Assembly (NCBI GenBank): GCA_000004985.1
Contig: GG738870.1
Direction: 5' to 3' (one strand)
DNA: 64,000 bases
Source of the DNA: Naegleria gruberi
Taxonomy: Eukaryota
The position numbers and the translations under genes were made by a program. How positions within the stretch are numbered: the stretch's first letter is position 1; each line of letters opens with the position of its first letter. Shown here piece after piece: positions 41,681 to 54,141 of this stretch. Below the pieces are notes generated by a model. That model saw nothing but the letters and a program-made list of their open reading frames with translations. It was not told where the DNA came from and searched no databases.

Positions 41681-43065
41681 TCTATTTTACGTTATTTTTT
41701 TTTGCTTGGTTGGTGTAGACTGGACAAATGGGAGCATGTTTTATAATCCTCTTCAATATTTGGTGGGTTTGACTCAAAGATGTCAAGAAAGATTGTGGCG
41801 ACAATATATATGGAAACAAACCATTGTAGCTAGACACCCAACAACAACATTGGTATTCGTATTGCCGTTAGGTTGTCAGATTGTCGTAATGAAATTGTCA
41901 TGAACAAAGAGAACGCCCATTGATCCTTGTAATGAAAAAAATCATTGAAAATTGACAAATTGTTTAACTGGGGGATTTGATCCTGATTTATGTTGATGCC
42001 AAACAATTAATTTCAATGAATTTGGTAGTTACAAATTGCATATCAGCATTATCTTGCGCAATCAAAAGATTGATATAGTGAGAGTTGTTGCCATAAAATC
42101 TGTGGAGATATTGAAGTAAGTTACAGGAACAGACTAGAATTGACAATTTTTAAAAGACACGTAACACAATTTTGATTTGCAATCAATCTTATGGAAAGGT
42201 TGTTCACTGGTTTTGAATTATTGTTGTCTTCAGTAAGAGAACAACAATCGATAGAGAACTAGAGTATCCGAAATTTACAATTTACTACGACAATTTAGAG
42301 CATCTGAAAAAGAATGGAAACAATTACAACATGTTCCATTTTCGAATGTTGAAACCAAATCCTTTGACCTTAGTCGTAATCCATTCACACAAATCCTAAA
42401 ACATGTTTTTATTGGCGGAAAGTCAATTGTAAAGTCTTCAAAGATACCGATATGAAATCGTACTTTCAAACGCATTTTCAATGTCTAAAACCAATGGGAG
42501 ACATCTTTGAAAATGATGTTTACAACGGTAGTGTGTATTTATTGACAGATTTGAATAACACTTGACAGTAGTGCACTATGATATGCGTTGATGGTAAATT
42601 ATTTGTCACCATTTCAATCAAAACAACAAATCTAGAGCGAAAACGAACTAATTTGCTACTTTCCTTCATTGTGTAATTTGCCCCTGATTGTTCATAGCTC
42701 TTTATCCTGAGTTTCGTACAAAAACTGGTTTCGCATATAGGACAAGTACACGATGACAGTGAAAGTTGGGGAATTTGATTTAGCCTCTCAAGAATCTAAT
42801 AACATATTCGATTAGATGTTGCTATTTTATGGTTGAAACACATCTCTTTGAGTTATTCCTGTGTAATCATTTCACATAATGGAAAGTTGGATGTTTAGAG
42901 GATCATCCTAATCAAATTACAATAAGTTTTTGATCATCTACAATTAATTATCGTCATGGTTCACTATTAATACCTCAAAAACAATCTACAGTTTTTTTTC
43001 TGAAACAAACTCTAAGATGTTGGACGACGTCAAAAATCAAACTGTCAAAAATTAACAGCAAAAAA

Positions 43066-45474
43066 ATGAAGAATTTATTCAAAAGAAAGAAGGACTCATC
43101 ACAAAGTGGTCAGTCATCTGCTTCATCATCTACATCAACGCTGGAAATTAGTGGTCCTTTCAATGTCAGATTAGAACATCACGTTGACTTTGACAGAGAA
43201 TTTGGTCTGTCAGGTGTTCCTAAAGATTGGGATTTATCAAATATTCAAGGAATTAACTATACTGTTGATGATGTTAATTCTGAACAGCAACAACAACAAC
43301 AACAATCATTAGATAGAACTATGAGTGAACCTGTCATGGTGTCAACATCAACAACAAATAATAATTCATCAAATTCTACAAGTGTTGCTACTCCTAGTAC
43401 TTCTGCATCATCATTATTTTTCAACAAACTCAGGAATAGAAACAAGGCTGCTCATCAATCCCTTTCAACCTCACCTGTCAATATTTCAACAAATTCTACA
43501 CCAACTTTGACACCAGAAATTGATTCAACAAGTCCAACAACACCTACAAGCACTTCCATTGGTGCTAATTCTAATAATTTAGCAAATTCAAATGTTACAG
43601 AAATGACAATTTCTACCAATTCAGTTTCAACTCCTCAACATGATCGTCAACATTCGCAAAGTTTCTTTTCTAAAATATTTACAAAAAAGAATAGTACAGC
43701 TACACCTCAATCAAATGATGAATCATCAGTTAAAAATGGTCAATTTGTTATGGGATTTACAAATATGAAAAAAACTCAAGCTGGTTACTATGTAGAAGTT
43801 TCACAATTAGAAAATTCAAATCAAAATTCGAAATTTAAAAAGGACAAGTTGTTAATTGATTTGATTAGTCCAGAAAATCCATTTCGTCTATTCACCAAAA
43901 TGAAGAAAATTGGTACAGGAAGTACAGCTGATGTTTACAAGGCAATTCACGTACCAAGTGGAAAGAAAGTTGCCATCAAAGTCATGCCACTGACAAGTGT
44001 GAAAAACACCAATTTTGACATGATTGAAAATGAAATTTTCATGATGAAACATGCCTGCAAATCTTATAATAACATTTTTGAATATGATATTACAAGTGAC
44101 AAGACGTTGATGGTTCAGTATTTTGGAACTTACATGACAGTGAATAATGGAATTTATGAACATATTGGAAGATATTTGGCAGCTTCAAAGAGAAAGAATT
44201 ATCATGATTCAGCTGCTAACAAACCAAACAAGCAAAACGAGAAACCAACACAAGCAAATAATCCATACATGCAACAACAAGTGATTAACAATTCACCGGC
44301 AGCTAAGGAATTGGAAAATATGGCAGAACATCAAAGAAAATCAAATGATGAATTGTGGGTCACTATGGAATACGTTTCTGGGGGTAAATTAACTGATTTA
44401 CTCCACACTAGATTTATGGAAAGTGAAATTGCTGCAATGTTACAACCAATTTTGAAGGGTTTACACATGCTTCATGTAAAATATGGCGTCATTCACAGAG
44501 ATGTCAAATCAGACAATGTACTCATTACAAAAGATGGTAAAATCAAGTTGGCCGACTTTGGTTTTTGTGCTGAAAATACTGGAAGAAGAAGATCAGTTGT
44601 GGGAACACCTTATTGGATGAGTCCTGAAGTTGTTTCTGGAGCTGAATATGATGAAAAGTCAGATGTTTGGTCATTGGGTATTTTAACATTGGAACTGGCA
44701 GATGGTGAAGTGCCACTCATTGAACATCCACCAATCAAGGCACTCTTCTTGATTCGTTCACAAGATCCACCAACCTTTAAGAGTTCATCAGAGTGGTCTG
44801 ATGTATTCCATGATTTCTTGAAGAGATGTTTAGAAAAGGATCCAACCAAACGTGCCACCATTGATGAATTATTGGAACATGAATTTATCAAGAAGGCCTG
44901 TAAATTAGATTTCCTAGCTCCACTCTTGACTAAGATTAGAGCTGAAAAGAAGAAGAAGAATATTAAGGAGAGTGATATTGGTCTCCAAGTGATAAAGCTC
45001 AGAACAGAGGAAGAGCAAGAGGAAGAAGAATATCAGGAACAAAAGAAAAAGAAGAAGGGTATTGGTATTATGGGATTGGTGACATCCTTCTCTGAAATGC
45101 AATCATCTTCATCGAATAATAATGCGGATGATGCTGATAATGCTGAACAAGGTGATTATGATTTGGGAGGTGGAGGTGGTAATTCAGGAATTGATGCCTA
45201 TGATCCAGATTTAATTGATGATCCAGACATGTATTGTGGAGGAGGTGATTATGGTGGATATGATTATGATCAACCACCACAAGAAGAACAACAACAGGAA
45301 GAAGGAGAAGGAAATGAAAATAATGGAGATTGGAATCATGAAGATGCAGTTATAATTGATGACCAAGATCAGAAAGATGAACATCCAGAACAAGAAGGAG
45401 AACATGCTGAAGAAGAGGATGACCATTATGGATCTGGACAATACTATGATAATGATGATGAAATGTTGGTATAA
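43066..45474 (+). CDS. p21-activated kinase (PAK/STE20 family). N-terminal CRIB/PBD motif, then a Ser/Thr/Asn-rich linker, then a kinase domain with a roughly 75-aa insertion, then an acidic Gly/Asp/Tyr-rich tail.
   Basis: ATG at 43066. CRIB ISGPFNVRLEHHVDFDREFGLSGVPKDW. Kinase motifs IGTGSTADVYKA, VAIKVM, HRDVKSDNVLI, DFGFCA, GTPYWMSPEV. Poly-Q run near the CRIB. Confidence 0.85.
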   Translation: MKNLFKRKKDSSQSGQSSASSSTSTLEISGPFNVRLEHHVDFDREFGLSGVPKDWDLSNIQGINYTVDDVNSEQQQQQQQSLDRTMSEPVMVSTSTTNNNSSNSTSVATPSTSASSLFFNKLRNRNKAAHQSLSTSPVNISTNSTPTLTPEIDSTSPTTPTSTSIGANSNNLANSNVTEMTISTNSVSTPQHDRQHSQSFFSKIFTKKNSTATPQSNDESSVKNGQFVMGFTNMKKTQAGYYVEVSQLENSNQNSKFKKDKLLIDLISPENPFRLFTKMKKIGTGSTADVYKAIHVPSGKKVAIKVMPLTSVKNTNFDMIENEIFMMKHACKSYNNIFEYDITSDKTLMVQYFGTYMTVNNGIYEHIGRYLAASKRKNYHDSAANKPNKQNEKPTQANNPYMQQQVINNSPAAKELENMAEHQRKSNDELWVTMEYVSGGKLTDLLHTRFMESEIAAMLQPILKGLHMLHVKYGVIHRDVKSDNVLITKDGKIKLADFGFCAENTGRRRSVVGTPYWMSPEVVSGAEYDEKSDVWSLGILTLELADGEVPLIEHPPIKALFLIRSQDPPTFKSSSEWSDVFHDFLKRCLEKDPTKRATIDELLEHEFIKKACKLDFLAPLLTKIRAEKKKKNIKESDIGLQVIKLRTEEEQEEEEYQEQKKKKKGIGIMGLVTSFSEMQSSSSNNNADDADNAEQGDYDLGGGGGNSGIDAYDPDLIDDPDMYCGGGDYGGYDYDQPPQEEQQQEEGEGNENNGDWNHEDAVIIDDQDQKDEHPEQEGEHAEEEDDHYGSGQYYDNDDEMLV

Positions 45475-45687
45475 ACAGTAAACAGAACTCTTCTCGGTAA
45501 TCTTGGGATGTTCATCTTTCTGATCTTGTTTTGGCCTATTCCAACGTAGATCTCTCCTTGTTTCAGATCTCATATCAGCTATTAAGCACATGTGTATTAT
45601 ATACACATGTATTTATTTGTAATATAATTTGAAAACACGAGTTTATCTAACAGATCACAATTTTAGCAATCCTAGTTGATTTATTAA

Positions 45688-46866
45688 TCATTGCTTTTTA
45701 TTCCGTTGTTTACGAAAGTATTTCTGTGCATGACTAGCAATTTGAGTTCTCGATCTCGAAGGCACATATTCATCAGCAATCTTTGACCAATTCTTTCCAC
45801 ATTCCTCATATCCCAACATGAAGAGATCATGTTCTTCCTCAGTCCATGGTCCTTCGCTCACATTCACCTTCTTTGGTTTTGGTTTTCTTCCACGATTTGA
45901 TTTTCTCTTTGGTGTTACAAATTCAACATTCTCAAATGATGGATTTTTCTTACATGTCGTTGTAAGAGATGAGTTTGTTAATGACCTTTCCAGTGCTTCA
46001 TCATCTTCCTCATCTTCATGTGAAAAATTTGATGATTCAGTCGAACTACAACTATGATTATTTACAGAATGCGATCCATTATTATTAGGCTGCAGCATGG
46101 ATGCATCCATCATGGATGTGATAACTATTTGCTCATCCGTACTCGTTGATGTTTGCAATGTTGTAGGTGAACTTAATGCACCATTTTCACTACAACATGT
46201 AAGCAGTGGAACCACATGTAAAATAGTAGCATTAGCACCTGACCTCGTATTTGGCAATTTAAGAGTTCCCCTTTCAGCCAACAACAAATTATCATCATCT
46301 GTTTCCAATTGATCTTCACGTTGTTTTTTACATGGTGATATTGGCCTTGCACATTTCCTTTTTAAATTTGATTCGCTTGATTCAATTTCACCAAACAAAT
46401 CAAGAGACCCATTTCTAGTCTTTTTTTCGATCATTGTTTTGTATTGCATCTCAGTATGATGTTCATTGTCTTGATTATTTTGTACATTGTTCTTTAATTC
46501 GGACGATAATGCCTCTTTAAGATGTTGGTGATGAAGGTGATGCTGTTTGAATGTTATTTGTTGTCTTGGAAGTGAATCATTATTTAAATATAATTGATGA
46601 TGAGCAAGTGAAGAAGTTGAAGAACAAACATCATTTGTACATGAACAGTAAGGTTTTCTTCTATTGTTGGGAGAAGATATCTTCACCTTGTTGTTATGGA
46701 GTGGGAATAATTCATTCGTATTGGAGAAGGGTTCCAAACATATCGAAGGTTCCATCAATACATGATGTTGTTGCTGATGATGATGAAACCCATTATTCTT
46801 TCTATTTGATGCATCATTATTAGAAAACTTGTTGTTTGCATACTGATGATGATGCTGACCATACAT
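45688..46866 (-). CDS. Single-repeat Myb/SANT transcription factor of the SHAQKYF class (392 aa)
   Basis: ATG at 46864..46866. C-terminal [48 protein letters not shown]-terminal His/Gln-rich low complexity. Confidence 0.7.
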   Translation of the reverse strand: MYGQHHHQYANNKFSNNDASNRKNNGFHHHQQQHHVLMEPSICLEPFSNTNELFPLHNNKVKISSPNNRRKPYCSCTNDVCSSTSSLAHHQLYLNNDSLPRQQITFKQHHLHHQHLKEALSSELKNNVQNNQDNEHHTEMQYKTMIEKKTRNGSLDLFGEIESSESNLKRKCARPISPCKKQREDQLETDDDNLLLAERGTLKLPNTRSGANATILHVVPLLTCCSENGALSSPTTLQTSTSTDEQIVITSMMDASMLQPNNNGSHSVNNHSCSSTESSNFSHEDEEDDEALERSLTNSSLTTTCKKNPSFENVEFVTPKRKSNRGRKPKPKKVNVSEGPWTEEEHDLFMLGYEECGKNWSKIADEYVPSRSRTQIASHAQKYFRKQRNKKQ

Positions 46867-48109
46867 TTTCTGAATAACACTATTTCCACTTTTTCCAATA
46901 TGTCAACACTCAAAAGAATTGGAGAATGGTTGCCCAGTGAGAAGAGTTGGTTTGTTTTTTTCTAATTGTACAGTTTCATTATGGCCGATTTTGAATATGG
47001 TGAGCCAGGTGTGAATAAGTGTTGCTGATGTGTTCGGTTGCTGGTGGAGTTCTTAATTGATTCACACTAAACATTTGATCCTCTATAGGATGTTGTGGGA
47101 CCTATACGATGAATGCTAGTCTGATATTTCATCATGTTGGTGGAGGAGGTGTTGAGGAGTCTCATATGAAACTGATATAATTCGCTTGCAGATATGGAAG
47201 TGATCTTAAGAAAACGACAGTTTTTCAGAGCGCATAGTCCTGTAATGGAGTTGCTTTAGTGGATCTTGATATTAAGGAAATAAGAGACAGATTTTGGAAA
47301 TTGGTAGCTACACTACAAATTAGCCCCTCATTTCTGTGAGGTCGTGCTTTTGTATCACTCAATAATTGAGGTGGATCCTTAATTGATCTCGATTTATTTT
47401 TAAGGCGATTAGGAACGAACAGAAAATGGTGCTGGAAAATGTGTTATTGAGTTTATAAGAAAAAAAAGGAGGATTGATCTGCGTGCTTGCTCATCGTTTT
47501 TCTATATACTGCGCACTTGTAAAAGCAGATGCTGCGAAATGTTATGGGTATTATCCCTTCATCATGTGAAAAACAATTGAGGACTCACAATATCAACAAC
47601 AAGATGTGAATCAACAATTGAAATATTAAGGAAAGATTGAGAGAGATGTTTTCACATACATTTCATGGCTGGCTTACACGTTTGCTTATAACATGCCAAA
47701 AGACAACAAGATAACATTAATCGCACAAACCATATACATGTGAGAAGGACCTCTCATCATAGAATAGACCAAACCCGTGGCATGTCCATACAACAGAATC
47801 CCAATCTCTTCTCTCTCCCTTACATGTGGTTCTCTCTCACCATAATATTCACATGTGGTTGAATCACTAAACACACAACATGGAATCAATGAGAATATAG
47901 TACTGGAGAGTTCTCAAGAAGAATTAAAAAGAAATACTGAGGTATATAATATCAAAATCCATCTTCATCTAACATGTTACTTCCTTACTACATGTTCAAT
48001 CAGACCACATCAACAACAACAACATTACATGTTTTCCATGTTTTCCTTACTTCTCATTCAATGTGATCTCATTCACAACATGTTCAACCAAAATAACAAA
48101 TTTTAAAAA

Positions 48110-49807
48110 ATGAAAAGAAAACAAGATGAAAATATTGTTGAAAATGATGAAGAAGAAACATTAGAATTGACAAATCAAGAGGAGGAATACCATGAGGGAG
48201 AAGAGGAGGCAAATAATCAACAACGAGAATTTACTCCTATTGAATTTTCTGCTTCCGAATTGATGCAAGATATGAAGAAGAAAAAGAAGAGAAGGAAAAA
48301 GCAGCAACAACAGAAAAATTCAGATGACGATGAACAAGCAGGACAAGCTAGCACTACACAAAAACCATTCTTTGTGGTTGATAAAAAGACAATAGAAAAG
48401 ATTGATTGGAAACCTCCTTCCGATAAGAATTGGTTGAAAGGCTTTTTCCATTCATCGAATGAACAACAACATGACAATCATCATGCTTCATCATCAACAG
48501 GACAACAAATAGCAGAAGAAACAGCATCCACAACATCAGAATTGGACAATGAATATATGGACGATTTGGATGTGGAAGCTCAAAAGTACTTGTTGAATGT
48601 AAGATTTGAGGCACAAAACTTTTGTGTAGGAACTGTTGTTGCTTCCAACATTGATTCCAAGGATTTTGAGAGTAATAGATCGAGCATGAGGGACATGGAT
48701 CAATCCTTGTATAGTACCATACATTTATTTGATGAAAGTAGTGGTAGTATTAATGTGAGCTCGAGTTGGGAAGAGAGTTTCATGAGAAGTTTCAAATCTC
48801 AAAGAAATACTGTACAGACAGATATTGATAAAAGATTGAGAGGATACACAACTGCATCAGCCAGTAGTGGAAATGCAAAGAAATTTCAACATGCCTATCC
48901 ACCATTGAATGGACATTTTGATAAGTGGAAACATGCATGTCTTGGAGAGGAGAATGTATACATCTTGTGGGAACAATACATTAATAAGCAAAATGCTGCA
49001 GATGCATCCAATAAGGAACATCATGTTAAAGATCAAGATCAGAATGAAATTGAGACTACATCTTTGCATGACACTCCTCCGATCGATGAAACAACACATG
49101 CTCCTTCCTCTTCATCATCAACAGCCAACAGCAACAACAGCAGCATGGATGAAACAAGTGATAATCAAACCAATGATACCACCTGTAATACTACAAAAAA
49201 GAAGAATAGGAGAGGAGGTAGAAAGAGACAAAAAAAGGATGCATCCGAAAAAGATGCATCATTAATGGATACTACCTTAGATACTAAAATACCAACTTAT
49301 GCACTCTTGACTGATTATTTGGATTATTTGACGATTCATGCATTGTTCAGCAAGATGATCCATTGGACTGTCAGTAATTTCCACAATAATTCAATTTTGA
49401 GAAGAAAGCCCTCTCTGGTGGCCTCTCTTTTCAATTCCAATAGTGATGATGAAGAAGAGGAGAATGAGGACAAGTCAGAACAATCCACAAACAAGGAAAA
49501 GTGGATTACCAATTATCTCATTAATGAATCAGCCAACTCTGATAATATTTCTCGTTGTAATTGGTTATATCACTTATTCTTGGCAATTGACAAGCCACCA
49601 AATGATACCATCGGTGCCAATATGAATCAACTTTTAGTTTGGATATTGGAACACTTTTCCACATTTACACCAGAAGAAAAGGAAGAATTTAAGAAATTGG
49701 TAATCATTATTATCAAATATTTTGGTCAAGGAAGTCCATCCATAATCAAATATCAAGATGAGACAAATTCCTCTGGTAATCATACAAAAACTTCTCTACT
49801 TGTTTAA
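48110..49807 (+). CDS. Acidic, Lys-rich nuclear-type protein of unknown function (565 aa)
   Basis: ATG at 48110. Long ORF with acidic, K/R and Ser-rich tracts. No recognisable domain. Confidence 0.45.
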   Translation: MKRKQDENIVENDEEETLELTNQEEEYHEGEEEANNQQREFTPIEFSASELMQDMKKKKKRRKKQQQQKNSDDDEQAGQASTTQKPFFVVDKKTIEKIDWKPPSDKNWLKGFFHSSNEQQHDNHHASSSTGQQIAEETASTTSELDNEYMDDLDVEAQKYLLNVRFEAQNFCVGTVVASNIDSKDFESNRSSMRDMDQSLYSTIHLFDESSGSINVSSSWEESFMRSFKSQRNTVQTDIDKRLRGYTTASASSGNAKKFQHAYPPLNGHFDKWKHACLGEENVYILWEQYINKQNAADASNKEHHVKDQDQNEIETTSLHDTPPIDETTHAPSSSSSTANSNNSSMDETSDNQTNDTTCNTTKKKNRRGGRKRQKKDASEKDASLMDTTLDTKIPTYALLTDYLDYLTIHALFSKMIHWTVSNFHNNSILRRKPSLVASLFNSNSDDEEEENEDKSEQSTNKEKWITNYLINESANSDNISRCNWLYHLFLAIDKPPNDTIGANMNQLLVWILEHFSTFTPEEKEEFKKLVIIIIKYFGQGSPSIIKYQDETNSSGNHTKTSLLV

Positions 49808-50625
49808 TTAAAATTACATCGAGTAAGGTAAAATTTATCTTTGTTGTGAATTGGAAATTATCGAAGCAGCATCTAAATAATTTGAAACACAATTTTCGAT
49901 ACAAATCTTGTCATCTATAATGTTTCATGTCAATAAATTATAAATTCATCATTTTCATCAATAATTAATAGTTCCGATAATTATCCAAAGTAATAATATG
50001 AATTCATTCCGATAAACAAAATTCCGAAGAAATTAAAATTTCATCCTCACCATCATAATACTAACATTTAACTAATCCTTTAGTATTTGGATTTGCAACG
50101 CAAGCTTCAAAGCATTTTTTAGTCAAATCAATAATTTGTTTAGTGACTTGAGTTTTCATCACCAATTCCAATTCTTGTCTTTGCGCTTCCGACATTTTTT
50201 TTTCAAGTTGGGTTTAATTTCTAACATCATAAATAATATTTAATAAGTATTAAATTAATAATCAATTTAATAATAATTAATATTAAGCAACACATTAGTC
50301 AATACGTTCATGATTGAATTCATTTATTTCATCATCAAATCCAAAAAAAGATTACAAAAAAATTTAAAACTAACGCCTCTTTGCATCGTTATAAAATTTT
50401 TATTACATGCTCTTTTCATATTATCACCAAATAATTTAACTACAAACACCATTATTTAAATATCAACAAAGCATTAATTCAATATATCAACAAGATAAAC
50501 GTTAAATATCGGTGATTGGCGCCATTTTAAAAAAACATTTTGAAAAAAAAGAAAATAAGATTCTTTTTTTTTCTTTTGCAATAACATCATATATTATTAA
50601 TTTAAACAACCTCTAAGTGAGCATT

Positions 50626-52725
50626 ATGCTACAAAAGAATAGTCATCAACAACAGCTGCAGCAGCAACATACACATACAACAAATCCAACACCTTCCATT
50701 CTTAGGAGGGTTAATAATCCCCTACGTCCACCATCAACACCACCAAATAACAATAATAATAATAGGTTTTCCTCTCCTTCCTCATCTATAACTACACCAC
50801 CACCTCCTTCTCTAAATTCACCACGAGTTGCAAATTCTTCAATAACACCTCCTCCTCCACCTAGAAGTGGAGTCACACCTTCCCCTCCTAATCCAAATTT
50901 ATTACTTCCAGGAGAAACAAAAATTAATAATAATATTGTCGTTAAAAGGAAGAGGAATAGACGTAGTAAAAATTTCGATACAGTCACAACACCCTCCCCT
51001 ACGAGGTACATCTATCCACAGCCAACATTTCCGACATGTTATTATCCAATTCCTCAAATACCTGTTCATCCAATTCCATCACTTCCTCTAGGTATTAAGG
51101 GACTTTATTCAAATCCCTACTCTGCAACAAATTATTATCCTACTCATCCTTCTTTTCCTCTTCAACAACAACAACTTCAACAACAGCAACAACCTAGGTA
51201 CAATACCACAATACCAGCAACACCACCATCAAAACAAGACTCACATAATAAAACCTCAGCAAGCAAAGAGGAAGTTCTGGCAGAGGGTAACTGTATAATA
51301 GACGATGAAAATGGTTTTAATACTTCCGATATTTGTATGTCTAACGATTCGGAAAATTCAGGGCATAAGAGGAGAAGTATTGTGACCAAGTTGAGGCACC
51401 TTGTCAACAAGACAGGTGAATGTTTGACAAAAACAAGACTTAAGGAAATAGAGAATAGAGAAAAAGAGGAAAAGGAAGAAATACTTGCTTACTTTAAAGA
51501 TGACTCGCCAAAACCAATTCCCGAGAAGGCCCTACTGCCAGAAAATAAGGATAGAAAGAAAATTTTGGATTTGGAATTTTCTCAATTAGTATCCATCTCT
51601 AGGTCAGCATTTTCCCATCTTGCAAGAGAGTATTCAAAAATTGGGATTGATATTTCAATGAATAGATTTGTAAAACCAGAAAAATCATCGGAATCTACCA
51701 TTCCAAGTCTCTTAAGTGATACATCCCACTTCTTCTCAATGGTAGAGTCTTTGGTGGAGGCAAGTAGGAAGGAAATACCACAACAAGATCAAATGGGATC
51801 GACAGTTTTAAATGTTCTTAAAACAATGGAGTCTGTATTGTTGGACGATACAGACACGAGAATACTTTTAAGCCATCCTTCAACATCTGTCTATCCAATT
51901 GAAAATGATTCGGAGGTATATTATGAAGATATTGTACCACAATATCTCTTTTATAATAATAATAATAGTAATGGAATTAAGGAAACAGACTCATTGAATA
52001 GCAGTTTAATTGCAGTAGAAAGATCAGATTTTGCCCAACAAGCAGACGTGAATTGTAGCTCAATAACTATTCAAACAGATGATAAGTCTGTTGAGGAGGT
52101 TTCCCTACAGACCTCACCTATTGAATCAAGTTCTGTCGATATTCAAACAGATGAAGAGCACACGACTAGATCATCAATAGATATTCAAACAGAACATGCT
52201 GTGAATCAGTTATTATCGACTGATGTTCAAACAGAACCAGTTAATTTTGCTGCCCCTAGGAAGCAACATGTCACTATTGAGACCCAAACTGATAGTGTGG
52301 AGAAGATTTGTATTTCTACAATGACTGATGAATTACCAGTTGAAAAATCAGTAATTGAAAAACCAGTAATTGAAACACCAGTCGTTACACCAGAGGTAGA
52401 ACAGGAATCCAACTCTTCAAAAAAGAGGAAAAAGGATGATACCTCTTCATCTTCATCATCAAGCTCGGAAGACTCAGAATCGGAGGAAGAACAAACAAAA
52501 CCAAAACGAAAACTCAGGAAACGAACTATCATCACAACCAAAACAACAACTAAGAAGAAAGATGAACCTGTCTATTTCGTTGAAAAAGTTGTCAAACATG
52601 ACAATATTGATGGCAAGCATTGGTTCTATGTGAAATGGGAAGGTTTTTCTTCTAGGTTTAACTCTTGGGTTGAAGAACATGATATTCTTGATAAGTCCTT
52701 AATACGGAAATATATTAAAAAATAA
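50626..52725 (+). CDS. Chromodomain protein (about 699 aa). Pro/Asn/Gln-rich N-terminus, repeated ...IQTD/IQTE motifs, and a C-terminal chromo domain.
   Basis: The track start at 50617 is a GTG. The first ATG is at 50626. C-terminus EPVYFVEKVVKHDNIDGKHWFYVKWEGFSSRFNSWVEEHDILDKSLIRKYI fits the chromo-domain consensus (Y.VEKI...Y.VKWKG....TWEPE..L). Confidence 0.65.
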   Translation: MLQKNSHQQQLQQQHTHTTNPTPSILRRVNNPLRPPSTPPNNNNNNRFSSPSSSITTPPPPSLNSPRVANSSITPPPPPRSGVTPSPPNPNLLLPGETKINNNIVVKRKRNRRSKNFDTVTTPSPTRYIYPQPTFPTCYYPIPQIPVHPIPSLPLGIKGLYSNPYSATNYYPTHPSFPLQQQQLQQQQQPRYNTTIPATPPSKQDSHNKTSASKEEVLAEGNCIIDDENGFNTSDICMSNDSENSGHKRRSIVTKLRHLVNKTGECLTKTRLKEIENREKEEKEEILAYFKDDSPKPIPEKALLPENKDRKKILDLEFSQLVSISRSAFSHLAREYSKIGIDISMNRFVKPEKSSESTIPSLLSDTSHFFSMVESLVEASRKEIPQQDQMGSTVLNVLKTMESVLLDDTDTRILLSHPSTSVYPIENDSEVYYEDIVPQYLFYNNNNSNGIKETDSLNSSLIAVERSDFAQQADVNCSSITIQTDDKSVEEVSLQTSPIESSSVDIQTDEEHTTRSSIDIQTEHAVNQLLSTDVQTEPVNFAAPRKQHVTIETQTDSVEKICISTMTDELPVEKSVIEKPVIETPVVTPEVEQESNSSKKRKKDDTSSSSSSSSEDSESEEEQTKPKRKLRKRTIITTKTTTKKKDEPVYFVEKVVKHDNIDGKHWFYVKWEGFSSRFNSWVEEHDILDKSLIRKYIKK

Positions 52726-52893
52726 TTTTCTCCCCAACCCTTTTCTCATTATAATTTGCATAGCAAATCTGTACTTTACAATCAATTTAGTTTATTAACA
52801 AAATAAATTGAATGGTAGAAGATAGAGAATCATTTCCCGCCTTCTCTGTGGTTGGCGCCAATTAATTTGTTAAAAACAAGCAAATTAAAAAAA

Positions 52894-54141
52894 ATGTCCA
52901 ACTCTCACGACGAAGAACTTGCTGATTTCGAAGAAGATATCGAAGAAACAACAACAACAACAGCTACTGCTACTGCTGCGGAAGTAGATGGTGAAGAAGA
53001 TATCGAAGATGAAGAAGAACATGAAGAAGGTTCTGCTTCTGCCACTCACGATGAAGTCCCATTAGAAGAACATCTCGTTATGAATCAAGATGATATCGTA
53101 AAGGCAATCGGATACTATGAAGAATATAAAACTAGAAAGAATGCTTCAGCCATTGAATTAGTAGGTGAAGAATTACAAGAAGCCTTGTCATTGCTCGATG
53201 AAGGAATTGAATTGTTGGGCAATAACGTTGTGAGGGATAGAGAAGAACAATACGGAGAATCATCCATTGAATGTGCTGAAGTTTTAATTGTCTATGCTGA
53301 AATGTTAATTGAAAGAGGACGTTATCAAGTTGATAATATTATTTCCGGAAGCTTGAAAAAGGCTATTAAAAAGAACATGGATATGCGTAATGAAGAGGAA
53401 GTTGGAGAAGAAGAAGAGGAAGAAGATGAAGATTGTTTTGAACTTGCTTGGGGAGTTTTGGAATTGGCCAGAGTTGCATTTGTTAGAATCCTTGTTTCTG
53501 GAAAGGTATTGTCACCAAGTGAATTGCAATTGAATTATAGATTGAAATTGGCTCGTGTTCATACCTTGTTGGCTGTCTTGAATTCTGAAAATGATAACTT
53601 TAATTCTGCAGTTGTTGAATATCAAAATGCTTTAAAGCTTTATGATATTGTTCTTAAGGATTCTGATAATTTGTGTCTTGGTCTATTTAGAGTTGCTGCC
53701 AATATTTTCCATAAGAGAGATGACTTGAAGGTTGACTTGTTACAAAAGATTGCTGAAACACATCTCGAAATTGCCACATGTCTTTCGATGGGTGGTTCTG
53801 ATGTTCCACCAGTTTTGGAAGCATACAAATTGGCAGAAACTGCTCTCGAAAACTCTGTCAAACTCAGAGAAAAGGCCATTGATAATGACAAGTCAATCAT
53901 TGTTGACTTGAAGGAAAGAATAGCTGAACTTAATGGACCATCAGTGCCTCAGGAAGAAGTTAGCAGAGTCATTAATCAAGTTGTAACCAACAGAATGGGT
54001 TCAGTACAATCAGGATTTGCACCATCTTCTTCTGAACCAACTAAGGAAGTTCACATTCTTCAACCAAGAAAGAGAAAGATTGAACAAAGCACCATCCAAA
54101 ATGCCAACTCTTCTGAAACCAAAAAGACCAAAGAAGAATAA
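52894..54141 (+). CDS. NASP/Sim3/Hif1-family (SHNi-TPR) histone H3-H4 chaperone-like protein
   Basis: The track start at 52852 is a TTG. The first ATG is at 52894 (MSNSHDEEL...). Acidic N-terminus, TPR-like helices interrupted by an acidic EEEEEEDED stretch, then FELAWGVLELARVAF (NASP hallmark DLQLAWEMLELAK-like), and a C-terminal basic KRK tail. Confidence 0.55.
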   Translation: MSNSHDEELADFEEDIEETTTTTATATAAEVDGEEDIEDEEEHEEGSASATHDEVPLEEHLVMNQDDIVKAIGYYEEYKTRKNASAIELVGEELQEALSLLDEGIELLGNNVVRDREEQYGESSIECAEVLIVYAEMLIERGRYQVDNIISGSLKKAIKKNMDMRNEEEVGEEEEEEDEDCFELAWGVLELARVAFVRILVSGKVLSPSELQLNYRLKLARVHTLLAVLNSENDNFNSAVVEYQNALKLYDIVLKDSDNLCLGLFRVAANIFHKRDDLKVDLLQKIAETHLEIATCLSMGGSDVPPVLEAYKLAETALENSVKLREKAIDNDKSIIVDLKERIAELNGPSVPQEEVSRVINQVVTNRMGSVQSGFAPSSSEPTKEVHILQPRKRKIEQSTIQNANSSETKKTKEE

